Origin: Octopus vulgaris
Taxonomy: Eukaryota
NCBI GenBank assembly: GCA_951406725.2
Contig: OX597816.1
Span: forward strand, 37,138,001-37,202,000
DNA length: 64,000 nt
Reading direction: 5' to 3'
In this document: in pieces, positions 11,253 to 24,247 of the stretch
Layout of the letters: each line of letters opens with the position of its first letter
Position numbering within the stretch: the first letter of the stretch is position 1
The notes under the pieces: model-generated
The model's input: only the letters and a program-made list of their open reading frames with translations
Databases searched by the model: none
Told to the model about the DNA's origin: nothing
Position numbers and translations under genes: made by a program

Positions 11253-11344
11253 TGTATGTATGTATGTATGTATGTATGTATATAGGTATGTGTGTATATG
11301 AAATAACTACCGCCATGAAATGTACTTCAATAGTGAATCTAAGT

Positions 11345-11636
11345 GGAGGCACATGGCCCAGTGGTTAGAGCAGCGGACTCGCGGTCGAGGGGTCACGGGT
11401 TCGAATCTCAGACCGGGCGATGTGTGTGTTTATGAGCGAAACACCAAAGCTCCACGCGTCTCCGAAGGAAGGTAATGGCGAACGTCTGCTGACTCTTTCG
11501 CCACAACTTTCTCACACACTTTCCTCCTGCATCTTGCAGTTCACCTGCGACGGACCGGCGTCCCATCCAGGTGAGGAACCCATACGCCGGAAAACCGGCC
11601 TTATGAACCAGGCACGACTCGAGAAGGAACAAACAA
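11345..11636 (+). mobile_element. SINE family A head with alternative 3' half, TSD-flanked
   Basis: tRNA head and CTGCGACGGACCGGCGTCCCATCCAGG domain. TSD TGAATCTAAG at 11334-11343 and 11637-11646. Confidence 0.85.
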
Positions 11637-12867
11637 TGAATCTAAGCTTCAGAAGGTCTCCAATTAAATATGTAACTACATATGACCGGTACAATGTGAT
11701 CTTGGATTACAACATCCTGGTCTACTAGCCCAAATCTCATCTTGTTGACTATTGTAGCCCACTCTAACCTCCTGATATGAAACTCAATATTATACAAAAA
11801 GGAAGTATTTTAGAATCTATGTTTAACTTTGACAAAGGTTTTAAACCCCATGGTTACTAAGTGCAGAGGACCAAACTGTGGTACGTGTCTATCTTTAACT
11901 GAAGGCTCAGTATTCAAATTTAAAGATTTTAAAATAAAAGAAAGCTTCACTTGTAACTCCCAAAATTTTATTTGGTCATAACATGATATTTGTAAAACTA
12001 CATGGGACAGACTGGGTTATCGCTGTATAGAAGAATGACAGTATATAAACACCAAATAAATAATGAAAACAAAAATTCGGAAATTTCGTTAAATTGACAT
12101 ATAGAAATATATGCCTGAAGAGAACCACCGTATTTTAAAATATTTCCATTTTTAAAATATTCAGACTCAACCAAGAACGACAACGAATAAACCGAGAAAG
12201 ATAATCTATTATGAAATAAAAACCTTGCTTAAATGATTGACAAATAATTTCTTGGACATATGACATAAGGAACAGTATCATACAAGGAACAACGATTCGA
12301 ATGCCCATACATGGGTGCACGCATACATTCTCATATTGTTTTGTTATACACAATATATCATTAACCTGTCTGTGTATGTGTCTATGTGTATATGTATGTG
12401 TGCGTGCGTGCGTGTGTGTACGAGTAAATACGTATATGCGTCTTTCTATATCTTGTAAAGACTATTTGATTCACAGAAAAGGCCAAAGTAAGCGTAACCT
12501 GTCTGGAACCAAAGTTCAACTTACTATCCCCTTATCTTTTGACCTGACCACATCATTTTCTTCGACTAACGACACTCTCACCTCTTTCGATATATACCTA
12601 TCTGATGCTTGGTCAATTGTTTAAAAATCTTAACTTTTCACTTAAATTTCAGGCTTAACATTCCTTACAGTTTGAAGACTAACCGTATCCTTTTACTTAA
12701 AATCGTTACTGAATAATCTTTCACTCGAAACCAGATACCTTAGCTCTTCATCTAACTGCAACAGTTTCAACTCCATACATTTCACCTGCATGCATTTTCC
12801 TTTGTTTAGTCAGAATGGACGAAACCAATTAGAATGCTAGTTTAAAAGATATAACACAAGAAAATCA

Positions 12868-13072
12868 GGTGGCGATCTAACAGAATCGTTAGCACGTCTG
12901 ACAAAATACTAGCGGCATTTAACCCGTATTTACTTTCGGGATCGATAAAATAAGTACCAGCTGAGCACTGATCTTGTACCAAATTAGTGATCTTGTACCA
13001 AATTAGTGATCTTGTACCAAATTAGTGATCTTGTACCAAATTGCTGACCTGGTAGCAAAATTTGAAACCAAT
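12868..13072 (+). mobile_element. Degraded SINE family B with internal 19-bp tandem array (GATCTTGTACCAAATTAGT)x~4
   Basis: Family B head and GATAAAATAAGTACCAG core; tandem units at ~12970-13045. Confidence 0.75.
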
Positions 13073-13521
13073 ATATCTAAAGGAAGTATTATGCTTGTGT
13101 TTACTTTTATATATTTCTGGAAAGATTAGAAAAATTCTTTTAACGTCATTGTGCATTTTCACTTAGTTTTTGTTTATACAAGTCAATTTCTATGGAAACC
13201 TTTAACCACTTATCATTGTGTGTGAATGTGTATATTAGTATGTGTGTCTGTGTATTTGTGTGTGTATGTGTGTGTGTGTGTGTCTGTCTGTCTGTCTGTT
13301 CTCGTACAGTTATGATACAAACAATTTTACATTAATCTGATGGGTTACTCTATACTTTTCTAGAGCACAAATGTATTATTCTTAAACAAGAATACAGTGA
13401 CTTCGAAATTTCAGTTTCCTAAGCCATCATCGATTTCCTAAGCCACTACTACAGTGGCAGTTCGTCGATGTGTTAACTACCTGAAACTTCGAAGTCACAG
13501 TCAACGATGGTGTTGTTTAAG

Positions 13522-13586
<65 letters not shown>

Positions 13587-13639
13587 ACGTGATCACGTTA
13601 CCGATCACGCTATCAGATATTGTCAAACATCGCTGGTCG

Positions 13640-13829
13640 CAATGCGTTTTACATTGTTTTAGCCTTCAAATGACGCCACCACGCTGGCCAACATTGCACC
13701 CTGATCGAAAGGGGGACGTGAAATGAAGTGTTTTGCTCAGGAACATAACGCGCCGCCCAATCAGGGAATAGAACTCACGATCTAGTGATCGTGAGTGCAA
13801 CAGCCTAACCACTGGGCCACGCGTTTCCA
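13640..13829 (-). mobile_element. tRNA-derived SINE with CORE-like segment
   Basis: Minus strand GGAAACGCGTGGCCCAGTGGTTAGG...GAGTTCTATTCCC...TTCCTGAGCAAAACACTTCATTTCAC. Confidence 0.65.
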
Positions 13830-13898
13830 CACACACACATATATAAGGTATAAATAATGGGCTTCATGCGTTATAGCCTGACAGCTGTTTCTAATATA

Positions 13899-14117
13899 TT
13901 CTTTTTACTCTTTTTACTCTTTTACTTCTTTCAGTCATTTGACTGCGGCCGTGCTGGAGCACCGCCTTTAGTCGAGCAAATCGACCCCGGGACTTATTCT
14001 TTGTAAGCCCAGTACTTATTCTATCGGTCTCTTTTGCTGAACCGCAAAGTGACGGGGACGTAAACACTCCAGCATCGGTTGTCAAGCAATGCTAGGGAGA
14101 CAAACACAGACACACAA

Positions 14118-14208
<91 letters not shown>

Positions 14209-14365
14209 TACGACAGGCTTCTTTCAGTTTCCGTCTACCAAATCCACTCACAAGGCATTGGTCGGCCCGGGGCCATAGCAGAAGACACTTGCCCAAGATG
14301 CCACGCAGTGGGACTGAACTCGGAACCATGTGGTTGGTTAGCAAGCTACTTACCACACAGCCACT
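13899..14365 (-). mobile_element. SINE family C, full length (tRNA-like head, CORE-like segment, internal (TA)n(TG)n, (GAGTAAAA)n tail)
   Basis: GTGGCTGTGTGGTAAG...GTTCAGTCCCACTGCGTGGC.CTTGGGCAAGTGTCTTC...GAAACTGAAAGAAGCC...GAATAAGTACT.GGCTTACAAAGAATAAG. Very similar to 62966-63424. Confidence 0.9.
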
Positions 14366-14802
14366 CATAATACTAGGATCACCTCAAAAATTCGTTTGCA
14401 ATTTATACAATGTAGAAAATATCCGATCAAAACAGAGTAAATGTACTTCGCATCAGTTTTAAACGTCACTTTAAGCTGGGTCCACCAATAAAGACATTCA
14501 AATATCACATATCACCATTGCGCCTTAACTTCTTTTTTACCTCAATTTGTCCTGTTTTGTTGAACACAATCTTCAAAATGTCGTGGGCAATTTCTTCTAA
14601 GATACACCACCGACAACCTGATATATTTTAGCCAACAACTATTCGAATGGGCTGTGGTGTTTCTAAATATGACAGAAAATATTTCACTATTTGGCGTTAT
14701 GAAAATAGACATGTCTTGCGTCAATATCAGCTAAAGAGTAAATAATCTTAAAGGGACGCATACATAGATATGTGTATGCGTCCCTTTAAAGCACGCATAC
14801 AC

Positions 14803-14805
<3 letters not shown>

Positions 14806-14835
<30 letters not shown>

Positions 14836-15010
14836 TGTATGTATGTATGTATGTATGTATGCATGCATGTGTGCATGTATGTATGTATGTACGTATGTGT
14901 GCATGTATGTATGTATGTGTGCATGTATGTACGTATGTATGTATGTATGTATGTATGTATGTATGTATGTATGTATGTATGTGTGTATGTGTGCATGTAT
15001 GTATGTATGT
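14806..15010. repeat. (TATG)n microsatellite
   Basis: Direct inspection. Confidence 0.95.
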
Positions 15011-16899
15011 ACGTAACTGCTCACACTGTTATAGAGTTTTCTTTTGTTCATTGTTTAAATTTAACAAATACTTATAGCACTCTCTAGTGAATGAATTTCC
15101 AAGAAAATTTTTAGCAAACATAATGTCTTTAGACAGTTTCCGAGTCTAAAATGAATGATTGAATCTTTTCAAATTAATAACAAGTAGTAAAATTACTTTG
15201 AAATCTTTAAATTTGACGTAAAATAGTGCCAATTTTCTTTCTTTGGCATTCAAGAAATATCATTTGTAATAGTTCGATTTCATATATTTTAAATAATTAC
15301 TCTGCAACCATCGATGAATAGTATAAATAATATATTTTAATGACAAATTTTAATCGATTTGTTTGTCTGATTAATTCGCTGAAATGAAGTTATTGTAAAG
15401 AAAGTGTTCCACATCAAAGCACAAACACTTTGCAATATAAACGGTTTAAAAACGTCAGCAGCTATTGTTTCGATTGCTATGTTTACTTTTTCAAGTGCGT
15501 TTCAAACTCATTCTCTCATTATGTTTACAACTACATTTCATCAATCTCGTCTCTTTTGATTTGATTAGACTTGTTTCTGGACGAATGCACTTGTTAATAA
15601 GAGAAAAAGTTATCTTCTATCGATTTCCTTATCAATGTTCGTTGTAGTGCTGAAATAGTCGGACATGAAGTATTAAAACACTTTTTTTTCCTCCGTTCCA
15701 ACATCTCGTTATCAATAAAATACTCGGAAAAGGAAAAAGAAAACTTTAGATGATATAAAGAATTCTAGTAAGAGTAGAAATATGTAATTTGAAACAATCA
15801 AATAATAAATTACTAAAGCAATTGGTTAAAATGACATCGATAAATTATCTACGATACAAATAGAAAAATAAAATAATGATGGAATTACAAAAAACATACT
15901 TAAACAATAGCCAAAATAACTGACGACTGAATATTTAGAAATCATTAATGAGGTGATATATAGGCATTAAGATGCGATCATTTTAACATAAACAAAATAG
16001 TGTGAACAATGTGTAATATTCAGTCTTAGGGATGGGAGTATCTACATTGTGTATAGTTTTTTGTATCTCATTCGGTCTTGGGGAGGTGATATGTAAAGTT
16101 GGAAAATTGGAATAATAGCTTGACGCAAGAAAGGAAGAACTTGAGATTATATTGTTATATTCAGGATGACTATTAGCTCTAATGGAAAATTGAAGCGGTT
16201 ATGGACCTGGTATGTCAGTAACGTTCTTCAGTATGATATATAATATGGAGCAAATTTAATGACGGAGCAAATTTTATTTTACTCTGGATATGTATTATAC
16301 ACACTCTTCAATAAATGTGCACATTCCAATCCTACTTAAATGCGTTTAAAGCGTATCACATCATTTTGAGACACCTAGTGCATCTTCAAAGAAATTAATT
16401 AACAAAAATTTACCAATTCATTTTTCTTTCAATCTGTAAAACCACTAAAGTTTAATGGAGAATTTGTAAATCGTACAAATTCTGTTCTAAGAGTAACGGG
16501 TATGGGGCACAGACTACGGAGTTTTACACTTTACGATGCCTATTTCAAATTCTTCACAATAAGATGTATTTCTTATTTCATGAATCAAAAAGAATACCAT
16601 AGTAGTAGCTATTGTACTATATACACATACAAGTTTGTGTGGAAAGGTTGTTCTTTCCTAGGGATATTTATCCCAGCGTACACCGGATTAGATCTATATC
16701 AATTAAGGATAGTGTAAATTCGACATGTGCATATGTACTAGTGTTTATCGTTGGTTCTTCTTCGATCTTACATTTTTTGAAGTTCCAGATGTCGCTAAAG
16801 ATGTTATCATTTTTTCGATATAGGAGAAAACTTTTAACAATACAAAGATAATGGCGAATACATCCATAGAATAATCAATATATTTATTATAATGGTCAA

Positions 16900-19800
16900 T
16901 TCATGTTATCTACGCACGTTTCGGTTTGTTACTTAAATATATATTAATGCAATTAAATTGCATTATGCATTTGAACAAGCAAAAACATTCGATAGAGCCA
17001 AAATTGACTGTTCAAAAGATTAAAACTTGGCTGTTATTTTCTCATACATCTTCAAGGAGAATTCATGCCAATTGAATTTTAGTAAGAATGTCTTGGATTA
17101 TATTCTAAAAACAGCTGGAGATTGATTTCAACCCTACTGGACAAGGGACAGGCATAGTTCAGAAGAACTACGTCATATTACTATTCATCCTTTTAGTGGT
17201 GCAATTCATTTTCAATTTTAAGTATGTTTGTAAGCACATTCCTCATTAACTATGTAGGTATATAAATTTACCTTTATCATTTGCACAATCTATCATGCTC
17301 ACATTATATATCTATATGTTCTTATTCATTGGTAAAAAAGCAAATTTAGGTGTGTACTTATTTGCTATCTTTTACTTATTTATTTTGTTTATTCTTATTG
17401 TAATAAGTTCTATTAGTTATTGTAATATAATTTATTATTTAGACATTTTATTTAGAGAGTTTGGGTTTTTAACTGGAGCAATTTAAGTTCAATGTGGGTA
17501 TATTCATCTTTAGGAATTATTGTTATGTAAAATATATTTATTTAATTATATTAATTACAAATTATTTAAATTTATTAAATGTATACTTAACTCAATGTAC
17601 ACAATAAAGGCCTCTTTGTCTCTTGTTTTATAATTTGTTTAGATGTAAGAATTTGATCAATTTCGTCTATGCAGAATTCACATCTTTTTCCGAATGCTAT
17701 GAAGTTTTGCTCGGTTAATTATTTCCAACCTAAGTGTATATTCCCTATTTTTATCCTTAATGGCCCAAATTAGTTTTCTAAGACTAATGCGTGCTTCTTT
17801 TCACCTATCCCTAAAGGTGTTTTCATGGTTCGCAATCCTTCTTTTTACATCATTTTTAGTAGAACCTATATAGTAGTAATCCTGTCTCTCTGATGTTACC
17901 TTACATCTATATATGACACATTTTCCCTACAAAAATTTCTTAATGAACGTCGATCTTCCTTGGCACAATCACAGGTTTTATTTTTAGGAGCGTTCCCTAT
18001 TTTCTTTCCAAATCTTTTGCGCTTGTGTACTATGTCCCCTGAGTTACTCTGGTTGTATTTATTTACTATGTTAGGGGTCTTAACTATTAACCAATATATT
18101 TTATCATTGCTTATCTTTATAAATTCTAATTTCTATATCGCTTTCTCTTTCACGATCGTTACTACTATTACAAATACCAGCAGTTATATTTGTATTATTA
18201 GTATTTGTGTTTCTTCTATCGTGTTTGTTATTATTATCATACTTATTATTTTTCCTTATTAGTTAGCTTATATCTTTGTATTCCAGTGGGGAGTCACTAA
18301 GGGTTACTGCCTTTCCTTCGTTTCTCGTGTATCTAATACGACCAATACGTTTTTCGTTATTTTAGTCATTTAATAATTCATTTATATTTTCTTTACCCTT
18401 TTTATTATGGAAATAATTTAATCTTTTGGTATTTTATATAGCTATAATTTGTGCCATGTTTCGTGAAGTACAAAAACCAGTTCTTAACTTGTGCGAGTTT
18501 ATGATTTTATGGTATTTGTTTTCCTCAGAAAAATGCGTACAGACCGCTGTGTAAAATAATTTCACTATATTGTTTTAATTTGTTTTGCAAAAGGTATTAT
18601 GAACCATGTCACATTATCTTAAGAATAACTTTCAAGGGGGTTAATTTCATTTATATATGGATGTGATTTTTTACAGATTTGTTAGGTACATTACCGTGTA
18701 GCTTCTCGGATCCCACCTTTTTGTGGTTTATTGTTCCATTTTGGTTTGTACTTATATAATTATAATTACTCTTGTTATAGTGTTTTGACACTTACTTTCT
18801 ATCTTACTATCTTCGATTTTTACTATTTCCTTACTGTTTATATCCTTGTTATATGTATTTCGTTCTTTTACGTTTTCTAACTTTTTCTTGATGTTTTTTT
18901 CTTATATTATTCCTACCTCATTTACACCTTCTTCTATCTGTAACTATTTTATCTTCGTGTTTATTTATTTCCGAGTTAATATTATTATAGTGAATCTGGT
19001 TTTTCGTATAGTTATTATTATTAGAAACAAAGCTTGGTCTTTTGAATTTTAACTTTTGTTTGTATCTGGATTTACGTAGTGCTATGTTATAATAGTCTAC
19101 ATTGTGTTTAAAGATTTCCTCGTTCGCCGAGAGTCTAGAAATTGTTTTTAAAATATTTTCAAATAATTTATGTGTAATACTTTTGGATGATTACTATTTA
19201 TGTTAAAGTACCTTAGACTAGTATTCGGTTTATAGTATGATTTATGTTTACCTGTTTCTAGATCTAAGTTAATGTCCAAGAAGTTGACTGAGTTATATTC
19301 ATTTTCCATAGAGACGGATTGCCCTATATTTTTCAAAAATTTATAAAATCTTATTTTATATATTTCTAATCTTCTATTATAGATGTTGCCTAAGGTAAAA
19401 AGTGCGTTATCCCTGTATAAGCCCCCTCCTAGTTCTGAAAATGTCCTACCTAAGTTAAATAGTATATATGCCCACTAAATCTGTGACATGTGCTGAGTCA
19501 GCAGATCCCGTTATTATGTCAAGACTATCGCTAGTGTCTTTCCTTACCAAGTAATTGTTGTCGAATATTATAATAGATTTTCTAGCTGCTGGTATTATGT
19601 TGATTTTGCTCATATTAGATTTGAATTCTTTTTTTGCAAACAAGAGGGCCATATTTGGTAGTACAGTGTTAATAGAAGAATAGAAGCCATTAATATCAAT
19701 TTGAATAAAATTTTTTCGTCTTTTTGTTGTCTAATTCATTACAACAATTTAGTACTTCCAGTGAGTTAAACCATAGTTTTATTTTCAATAAGTTTCCAAG

Positions 19801-19995
19801 TGTATGTATTATATTTATTAATTATTACTTTGCTTATCTTTCCTGGGTCGGATGTACCTGGGCATATGAATCTAACGCTAAGGTTACTGCTAAAATTAGG
19901 CTTATGGTCTTTTAAATCTATTCCAGATCTTCTTGGTTCGAATGATTGTTTTGTACTCGATATATATTACTAGTTATGATTTCCTTAGTCTCATT
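16900..19995 (-). mobile_element. Decayed Penelope-like element (RT + GIY-YIG endonuclease, Naiad-like signature) with 3' pseudo-LTR
   Basis: RT remnants FIQIDINGFYSSI, DIITGSADSAHVTDLVGIY, GGGLYRDN, VNFLDINLDL, YYKPN...SNHP. Linker NVTWFIIPF...KYHKIIN. Endonuclease CDC...YYIGSTKNDVKRRIANH...IWAIK...KRCEFC...INKR...CVH* (~17593). Degraded hammerhead half GAAAC-GTGC-GTA at ~16911-16922. Confidence 0.85.
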
Positions 19996-20009
19996 CTTAA
20001 TCATTCATT

Positions 20010-20306
<297 letters not shown>

Positions 20307-20319
20307 GCGTACATATATA

Positions 20320-20730
20320 TATTTGTGAAAGAAGACAGCAAACAACGATGCATAACTACCATCTCAAGTCGTCATATACATTATTTTTATATTATTCTTA
20401 AATTAATTGAGGCCTTACAGCTGTTTCTAGTAGGATATCCCAAGCGATAGGCAAGTATGCATGCTACTCACCTATCATTGGGATATCCCGCAAACAGCTG
20501 TAACACCTCAACTGATTTAAGAATAATATAGAATAATGTATATGAGTGGAGATGCTTGTTATGCCTCGGCGTTTGTTGTCCTCGTTCACAAATATACATC
20601 TGCTAAATCGGAAACATCAAGTGAATCTATAGCTCCCATCTCGATTTTCGAGCTTGAAACACTGATAATCCATTACGGCACTTATCCAGCGTACCTATTC
20701 GTTTAGATCACCGGTGAACTAAATCCCCAT
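20320..20730. mobile_element. Fold-back (imperfect palindrome ~20322-20592) non-autonomous element with decayed hammerhead motif
   Basis: Arms ~125 bp around CTTACAGCTGTTT...AAACAGCTGTAAC. The 3' flank (20560-20730) resembles 50520-50690. Confidence 0.65.
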
Positions 20731-20773
20731 ACACATATACATATATATATAATATATATATATATACATATAC

Positions 20774-20836
<63 letters not shown>

Positions 20837-20844
20837 CATAGATC

Positions 20845-20919
<75 letters not shown>

Positions 20920-20928
20920 GGATAGATG

Positions 20929-20994
<66 letters not shown>

Positions 20995-21170
20995 AATGGT
21001 AAGGCAACAAAAGAATAAAGGAGACCTCGATATTATGTAAATAGAGGAATTTATCTGTAAATTTAGTATGTCACAATTATTCGGTAGCCATGATAAAACC
21101 CCGACATCCGAAACTCGGAGTTTTATCATGGCTACCGAATAATTGTCACATATTACATTGACAGATATAT
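20995..21170. mobile_element. Fold-back element family (ATGTGACAATTATTCGGTAGCCATGATAAAAC arms)
   Basis: Inverted arms around GAAACTCGGAG. Related copies at 27020-27200, 50705-50845 and 53780-53900, all abutting (TA)n or (TAGA)n. Confidence 0.75.
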
Positions 21171-21180
21171 ATATAGATAC

Positions 21181-21240
<60 letters not shown>

Positions 21241-21242
<2 letters not shown>

Positions 21243-21446
21243 TATTGTGTCTGGGGAGAGTCAGTTTCTTTTTGTGCCTTATTATGTAACACACTCACCG
21301 GTAAAAGAGTCAAAACTATTGAAAAGGTTGTAAGACGCAACGAAAATTTTAGGACAATAAAAATAAGGAAAGCGTGGAAATTTTACCATTGAGTGTGTTA
21401 CATAATAAGGCACAAAAGGAAAATGACTCTCCCCAGACACAATAGA
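21241..21446. mobile_element. Fold-back element with ~66-bp inverted arms inserted in (TA)n
   Basis: TCTATTGTGTCTGGGGAGAGTCA...GGTAAAA and its reverse complement. Single-arm relatives at ~33888-34040 and 37465-37590. Confidence 0.8.
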
Positions 21447-21502
21447 ATATGCTCCAACACACGAACTTATATAAAGAATCTTGCAAACCAAATCCCAAAA
21501 CG

Positions 21503-21560
<58 letters not shown>

Positions 21561-21708
21561 TAAAAGCAATTAAGATTCAAGTGAGTTCTGTTGAATTCAC
21601 ATGAATGAGGTACTTAACTTAGATGCACCAGAAATCTATATGGTATTAACCATAAGATAATGCGGGGTGATTATAAACAAGAAAAAAAGCAACAAAAATG
21701 GATCAATA

Positions 21709-21798
21709 TTTCGGTACAATTGTTTCGTACGAAGACCACCTTTATTAAGGCTGCAAATATTGCAGCAAATACACGTGACCTATACTCATCAGCCGAAA
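21709..21798 (-). ncRNA. Type I hammerhead ribozyme, intact core
   Basis: Minus strand: UUUCGG-CUGAUGA-GUAU...GUAC-GAAAC-AAUU-GUA-CCGAAA. 6-bp stem I, stem II with extension, minimal stem III with palindromic loop, GUA cleavage triplet. Confidence 0.88.
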
Positions 21799-21799
21799 A

Positions 21800-22435
21800 A
21801 ACATCTGAGTTCTCAAAACATCTAAGGGGGTGAGGCTACACTCATGAAACATTCGGGATAGTTCTATAAAAATCAGATTTAGATATTAAACGGACTTCCA
21901 AGGTTCTTTAATGTTGCACAGTCAAATAACAGGCTTTAAAAAAGTATTTTAAAAAACCTCATAGTTTCACAGAAATTGAAAATGTAAATCCATCCATAAT
22001 ACTGAAGTATGTTTGAATTCTGGAGATATGAGGAGAGATTTCATACTCACAGACAATGTATTTATCCATAATTAGTTCATAATAAAGTGGGTTTCCTGAT
22101 GTATAATGGTTGCATTTCTGATCATTTCTCAAAACTGCTATGTTAGAATTTGTTGAAGGAAATTTAGTGGAGCGTATAGACAATCACTCACAGAGGGTAT
22201 AATGGGGTAACTGAGAAGAAATGGGGTTGTAAATATCTACCTACGCAGAATAGTTTATTTCAGTGGAGACAAGCTGACTGGGTCAGAATTTGTAAGAATC
22301 TAAGTGTTTTAAAAAAAGGAAAGCTAATCTTTCAGTGGAAACAAAATGTTTCTCATTGCTCACTTTCTGTATATATATATACATATATATATATATATAA
22401 AACTTTATACAGAAAGTGAGCAATGAGAGACATTT
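21800..22435 (-). mobile_element. Probable decayed PLE 3' fragment upstream of the hammerhead, ending in a 30-bp inverted repeat around (TA)n (22344-22435)
   Basis: Position directly 5' of the hammerhead and inverted end AAATGTTTCTCATTGCTCACTTTCTGTATA. Protein similarity is weak. Confidence 0.4.
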
Positions 22436-22949
22436 GTAATGCCCTCACTTGATCAACAGGATGTAGCAGCAGATGGCTTTCACACAATGCCCAACAGCAA
22501 AACTTTATCATCTAACAACTGGTCAATAGGAAAATAAATCATATTTATCTTTCGAAGCAAAACCTTAGATTGAAATATCTGCCATCGACCAAATTCTGCC
22601 CGATAGAGGAGGAGGAGGATGACGACGACGACGACGACGAGGATGACGATACGATGACGACGACAGCGACGATGATAGACAGATTGTCATCATTCAGATT
22701 TGATAAAACTCTACTATTTGACGGACACATATTGCATATTTAATCAATTCCAGAAGGATTATATGTAAAGTAGATTTGGGGGATGTGATTCGAAATGTAA
22801 AGCAATTCTGCTTTAAAACTTCAGAATAATTTATTCAGTGACAGTTAGTTCTGCCATCCGTAACAGCTGAATTATGTTAAAACATCAAAATGAACGAATG
22901 GCTGCGTGGTTAAGAAGTTCGTTTTGCAACTACAAGGTTCCCAGGGATT

Positions 22950-23185
22950 TATGAGGGAGAGCTGAAAAGTTCCTGGCTTTCAGGGTATCGCAAAAGTCCT
23001 GGCTGGAGACCCAGCCTTCTGTGGGTTTTTTTGTTTTGTTTTTCATAGGGCTTAGAAAAACTGAAGGACCGCTGCAATAAGTGTGTGGTTCTGAGAGGAG
23101 AATATGTTGAATAAAATCATAATTAACTGATCCTTCAATATTTTCATTTGTCCAAAGCCCAGGAATTTTTCAATACACCCTCATA
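22950..23185 (+). mobile_element. Mariner-derived MITE
   Basis: Imperfect ~30-bp TIRs TATGAGGGAGAGCTGAAAAGTTCCTGGCTTT / AAAGCCCAGGAATTTTTCAATACACCCTCATA. Internal remnant LKDRCNKCVVLRGEYVE* of the mariner transposase C-terminus. Confidence 0.8.
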
Positions 23186-23206
23186 TAATTCTTTATAGAT
23201 AATTAA

Positions 23207-23237
<31 letters not shown>

Positions 23238-23309
23238 CATACATACATACATACATACATACATACATACATACATACATGCGTACGTACGTACATGCAT
23301 ACTTACATA

Positions 23310-23965
23310 AATAGAGAAGACCACTACATCACATCACCCTTTGAAGGCTATGCATTTGCAATCCACAAAGAACTTGGCGAACAAGAGAGACAGTGACGCT
23401 CTTGTAATCCCAAGGTGCAACCGCATGTGTAGCCTATGTCATGTTTCTTTGGAAGACATTAAGCATGTGATTAGCAGCTGTCCTAAAATGTCGTCACAGT
23501 ACTACTACCTCCCTATGCGGTACGATGTTGTTGCTAAAACAATTTACAATTCCATCCGCAAATAAAAAATGCCCTGAAATAAACTTCCCTCTATTATGGA
23601 ATACCTTCATAAACACCAACTCAAGGAATACTGGTGGAATATTTCCATAAAAACTTCTGTCAATGTAAACATAACAAGCCAATATTGTTGTTTGGGACGA
23701 GGAGCAAAGGTGTGTACCATCATAGAGGTTAGCTGCCTGCAGATATCTCTTTGAAAACAAAGAAAAACAGGATATCTATGAACAACTGCCTCGAAATCTC
23801 CAGCTTTTATATCCAGACTATGAATTCATAAATGCTTAAATGAGAATTTGGATAAACTGGGATTTTTAGAAAGAGAAATTAATCGGCTGACTCGTACATT
23901 AAAAGACCAGTCTGTGAGTAGAACAATAAAAATATGCAAAACTTTTCTCAAGTTCCAAATGTGTT
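23310..23965 (+). pseudogene. R4/Dong-type LINE 3' region (CCHC finger + restriction-like endonuclease), decayed
   Basis: CSLCHVSLEDIKHVISSC, RYDVVA, YWWNISIKT, KHNKP.IVVWD, IIEVSC. Confidence 0.8.
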
Positions 23966-24054
23966 TGTGTTTGTCTGTGTTTTCTACATCCCAAAGATAG
24001 AGCCTTGTATTTTTGTTGGAAACCGGCTCTAATTAAAACATAGAAGAGACAAAC

Positions 24055-24247
24055 ATACGTACATACCTACATACATACATACATACATATATACATACAT
24101 ACATACGAAGGTAGGTAGGTTAGTAGGTAGGTAGGTAGGTAGGTAGGTAGGTAGGTAGGTAGGTAGGTAGGTAGGTAGGTAGGTAGGTAGGTAGGTAGGT
24201 AGGTAGGTAGGTAGGTAGGTAGATAGGTAGATAGGTAGGTAGGTAGG
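24055..24247. repeat. (CATA)n + (TAGG)n microsatellite
   Basis: Direct inspection. Confidence 0.95.

Noticed and set aside
12968-13050. CRISPR-like repeat array
   Set aside because: 19-bp units are directly adjacent with no spacers; eukaryotic context with no cas genes.
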